NCBI GenBank assembly: GCA_028826165.1
Contig: JAPDFW010000113.1
Coordinates: 62,001 to 126,000, forward strand
Length of the DNA: 64,000 nucleotides
Direction of reading: 5' to 3'
From: Anaeramoeba ignava BMAN
Lineage: Eukaryota; Protista; Anaeramoebae
Part shown: piece by piece, positions 61,983-64,000 of the stretch
Layout: every line of letters begins with the position of its first letter
Position numbering within the stretch: the stretch's first letter is position 1
Notes under the pieces: generated by a model
Database searches by the model: none
What the model was told of the DNA's origin: nothing
The model's input: the letters and a program-made list of their open reading frames with translations, nothing else
Position numbers and translations under genes: made by a program

Positions 61983-62221
61983 TTTTTTTTTTAATCAAAA
62001 AAAAATTTATTTTATTTTCAAAATTTTCATTTTTTTTTTACATTTTTAAAAAAAAATTTATTATGGTTTTGATAAATAAAATGGAATTAAAAAAGATTTT
62101 CCAAATCAATTTTTATATTCCATTTTAATAAAATTTAATTTTAAAAAACCAAAATTAAATAATCCGTGTCCAATAGAGAAAGAAAATGAAATAACTTTCT
62201 TTCTTTTTTATCCGCGGAGAT

Positions 62222-64000
62222 AACAATAAAATAATAAATATAAATTAAATTATAATTTAAAATTAAATTTCTTTATTTTTTTATTTATTAAAAATTTAAT
62301 TAAAAATTAAATCAATTTTATATTTATTTTTAAATATATTTTATTAATATTTTAAACATAAAATTAATAATAAAATAATAAATATAAATTAATTTATAAT
62401 TTAAAATTAAATTTCTTTATTTTTTTTATTTTCAAAATTTTAATTAAAATTTAAATCAATTTTATATTTATTTTTAAGTATATTTTATTTATATTTTAAA
62501 CATAAAATTAATAATAAAATAATAAATATAAATTAATTTATAATTTAAAATTAAATTTCTTTATTTTTTTATTTATTAAAAATTTAATTAAAAATTAAAT
62601 CAATTTTATATTTATTTTTAAATATATTTTATTTATATTTTAAATATATAAATTAATAATAAAATAATGAATATAAATTAAATTTATAATTTCAAAATTA
62701 AATTTCTTTTATTTTTTTTATTTATTAAAAATTTAATTAAAAAATTTAAATTAATTTTTATATTTATTTTTAAGTATATTTTATTAATATTTTAAAACAT
62801 AAAATTAATAATAAAATAATAAATATAAATTAAATTATAATTTCAAAATTAAATTTCTTTTATTTTTTATTTATTAAAAATTTAATTAATTTAAAATTAA
62901 TTTTATATTTATTTTTAAATATAATTTTATTTATATTTTAAACATAAAAATAATAATAAAATAATAAATATAAATTAAATTATAATTTAAAATTAAATTT
63001 CTTTATTTTTTTATTTATTAAAAATTTAATTAAAAATTTAGATTAATTTTATATTTATTTTTAAATATATTTTATTTATATTTTTAAACATAAAAATAAT
63101 AATAAAATAATAAATATAAATTAAATTATAATTCAAAATTAAATTTCTTTATTTTTTTATTTATTAAAAATTTAATTAAAAATTTAAATCAATTTTATAT
63201 ATTTTTAAATATATTTTATTTATATTTTAAACATAAAATAAATAATAAAATAATAAATATAAATTAATTTATAATTTAAAATTAAATTTCTTTATTTTTT
63301 TATTTATTAAAAATTTAATTTAAAATTTAAATCAATTTTATATTTATTTTTAAATATATTTTATTTATATTTTAAATATAAAATTAATAATAAAATAATA
63401 AATATAAATTAATTTATAATTTAAAATTAAATTTCTTTTTATTTCTTTTATTTATTAAAAATTTAATTAAAAATTTAAATCAATTTTATATTTATTTTTA
63501 AATATATTTTATTTATATTTTAAACATAAAATTAATAATAAAATAATAAATATAAATTAATTTATAATTTAAAAATTAAATTTCTTTATTTTTTTATTTA
63601 TTAAAAATTTAATTAAAATTTAAATCAATTTTATATTTATTTTTAAATATATTTTATTTATATTTTAAACATAAAAATTAATAATAAAATAATAAATATA
63701 AATTAATTTATAATTTAAAATTAAATTTCTTTTATTTTTTTTATTTATTAAAAATTTAATTAAAATTTAAATCAATTTTATATTTATTTTTAAATATATT
63801 TTATTTATATTTTAAACATATAATTAATAATAAAATAATAAATATAAATTAAATTATAATTTAAAATTAAATTTCTTTATTTCTTTTATTTATTAAAAAT
63901 TTAATTAAAATTTAAATCAATTTTATATTTATTTTTAAGTATATTTTATTAATATTTTAAATATAAAATTAATAATAAAATAATAAATATAAATTAATTT
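62222..64000. repeat. ~145-bp AT-rich satellite, about 12 copies, running off the window end
   Basis: The landmark AAATTTCTTT recurs with its C at 62271, 62415, 62559, 62706, 62857, 63001 and onward (period 144-151). Confidence 0.93.

Noticed and set aside
1-64000. Alternative genetic code (stop codon reassignment)
   Set aside because: Conserved genes translate fully with the standard code and end in TAA or TGA.

Overview
Extremely AT-rich, intron-containing eukaryotic (protist) genomic DNA using the standard code. Most ORF-track entries are shadows of low-complexity repeats. I reconstructed about 16 genes by hand: an RRM protein (5' part), MIOS (GATOR2), Vps55, TMEM168-like, a divergent importin-alpha, a 2338-aa NRPS-like protein ending in a PH domain, mucolipin, Nudix-14-like, a WNK/NRBP-type pseudokinase, RPL23 (uL14), WDR11, BTB-TLDc, two tandem FG-GAP propeller/FN3/TM surface proteins, Rpp21/Rpr2, and a tandem-CH coiled-coil protein. 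There is also a BTB gene remnant and a ~145-bp satellite at the right end. The NQ repeats and BTB-TLDc family resemble the metamonad Anaeramoeba (inference, not verified). Most notable observations: (1) the TLDc 'intron' is a tandem array of nine ~180-bp intron copies separated by variable 3-nt in-frame microexons (AG-NNN-GT), a possible combinatorial loop-diversification system; (2) a U12-type AT-AC minor intron in MIOS; (3) a bacterial-type NRPS module (half-C, A, T, E, C) with degenerate A and C active sites fused to a PH domain; (4) a Merlin-like 44-bp-TIR element in an RPL23 intron; (5) ~140-bp inverted repeats bracketing the BTB-TLDc gene. Several frameshifts lie in homopolymer runs and may be long-read assembly errors.
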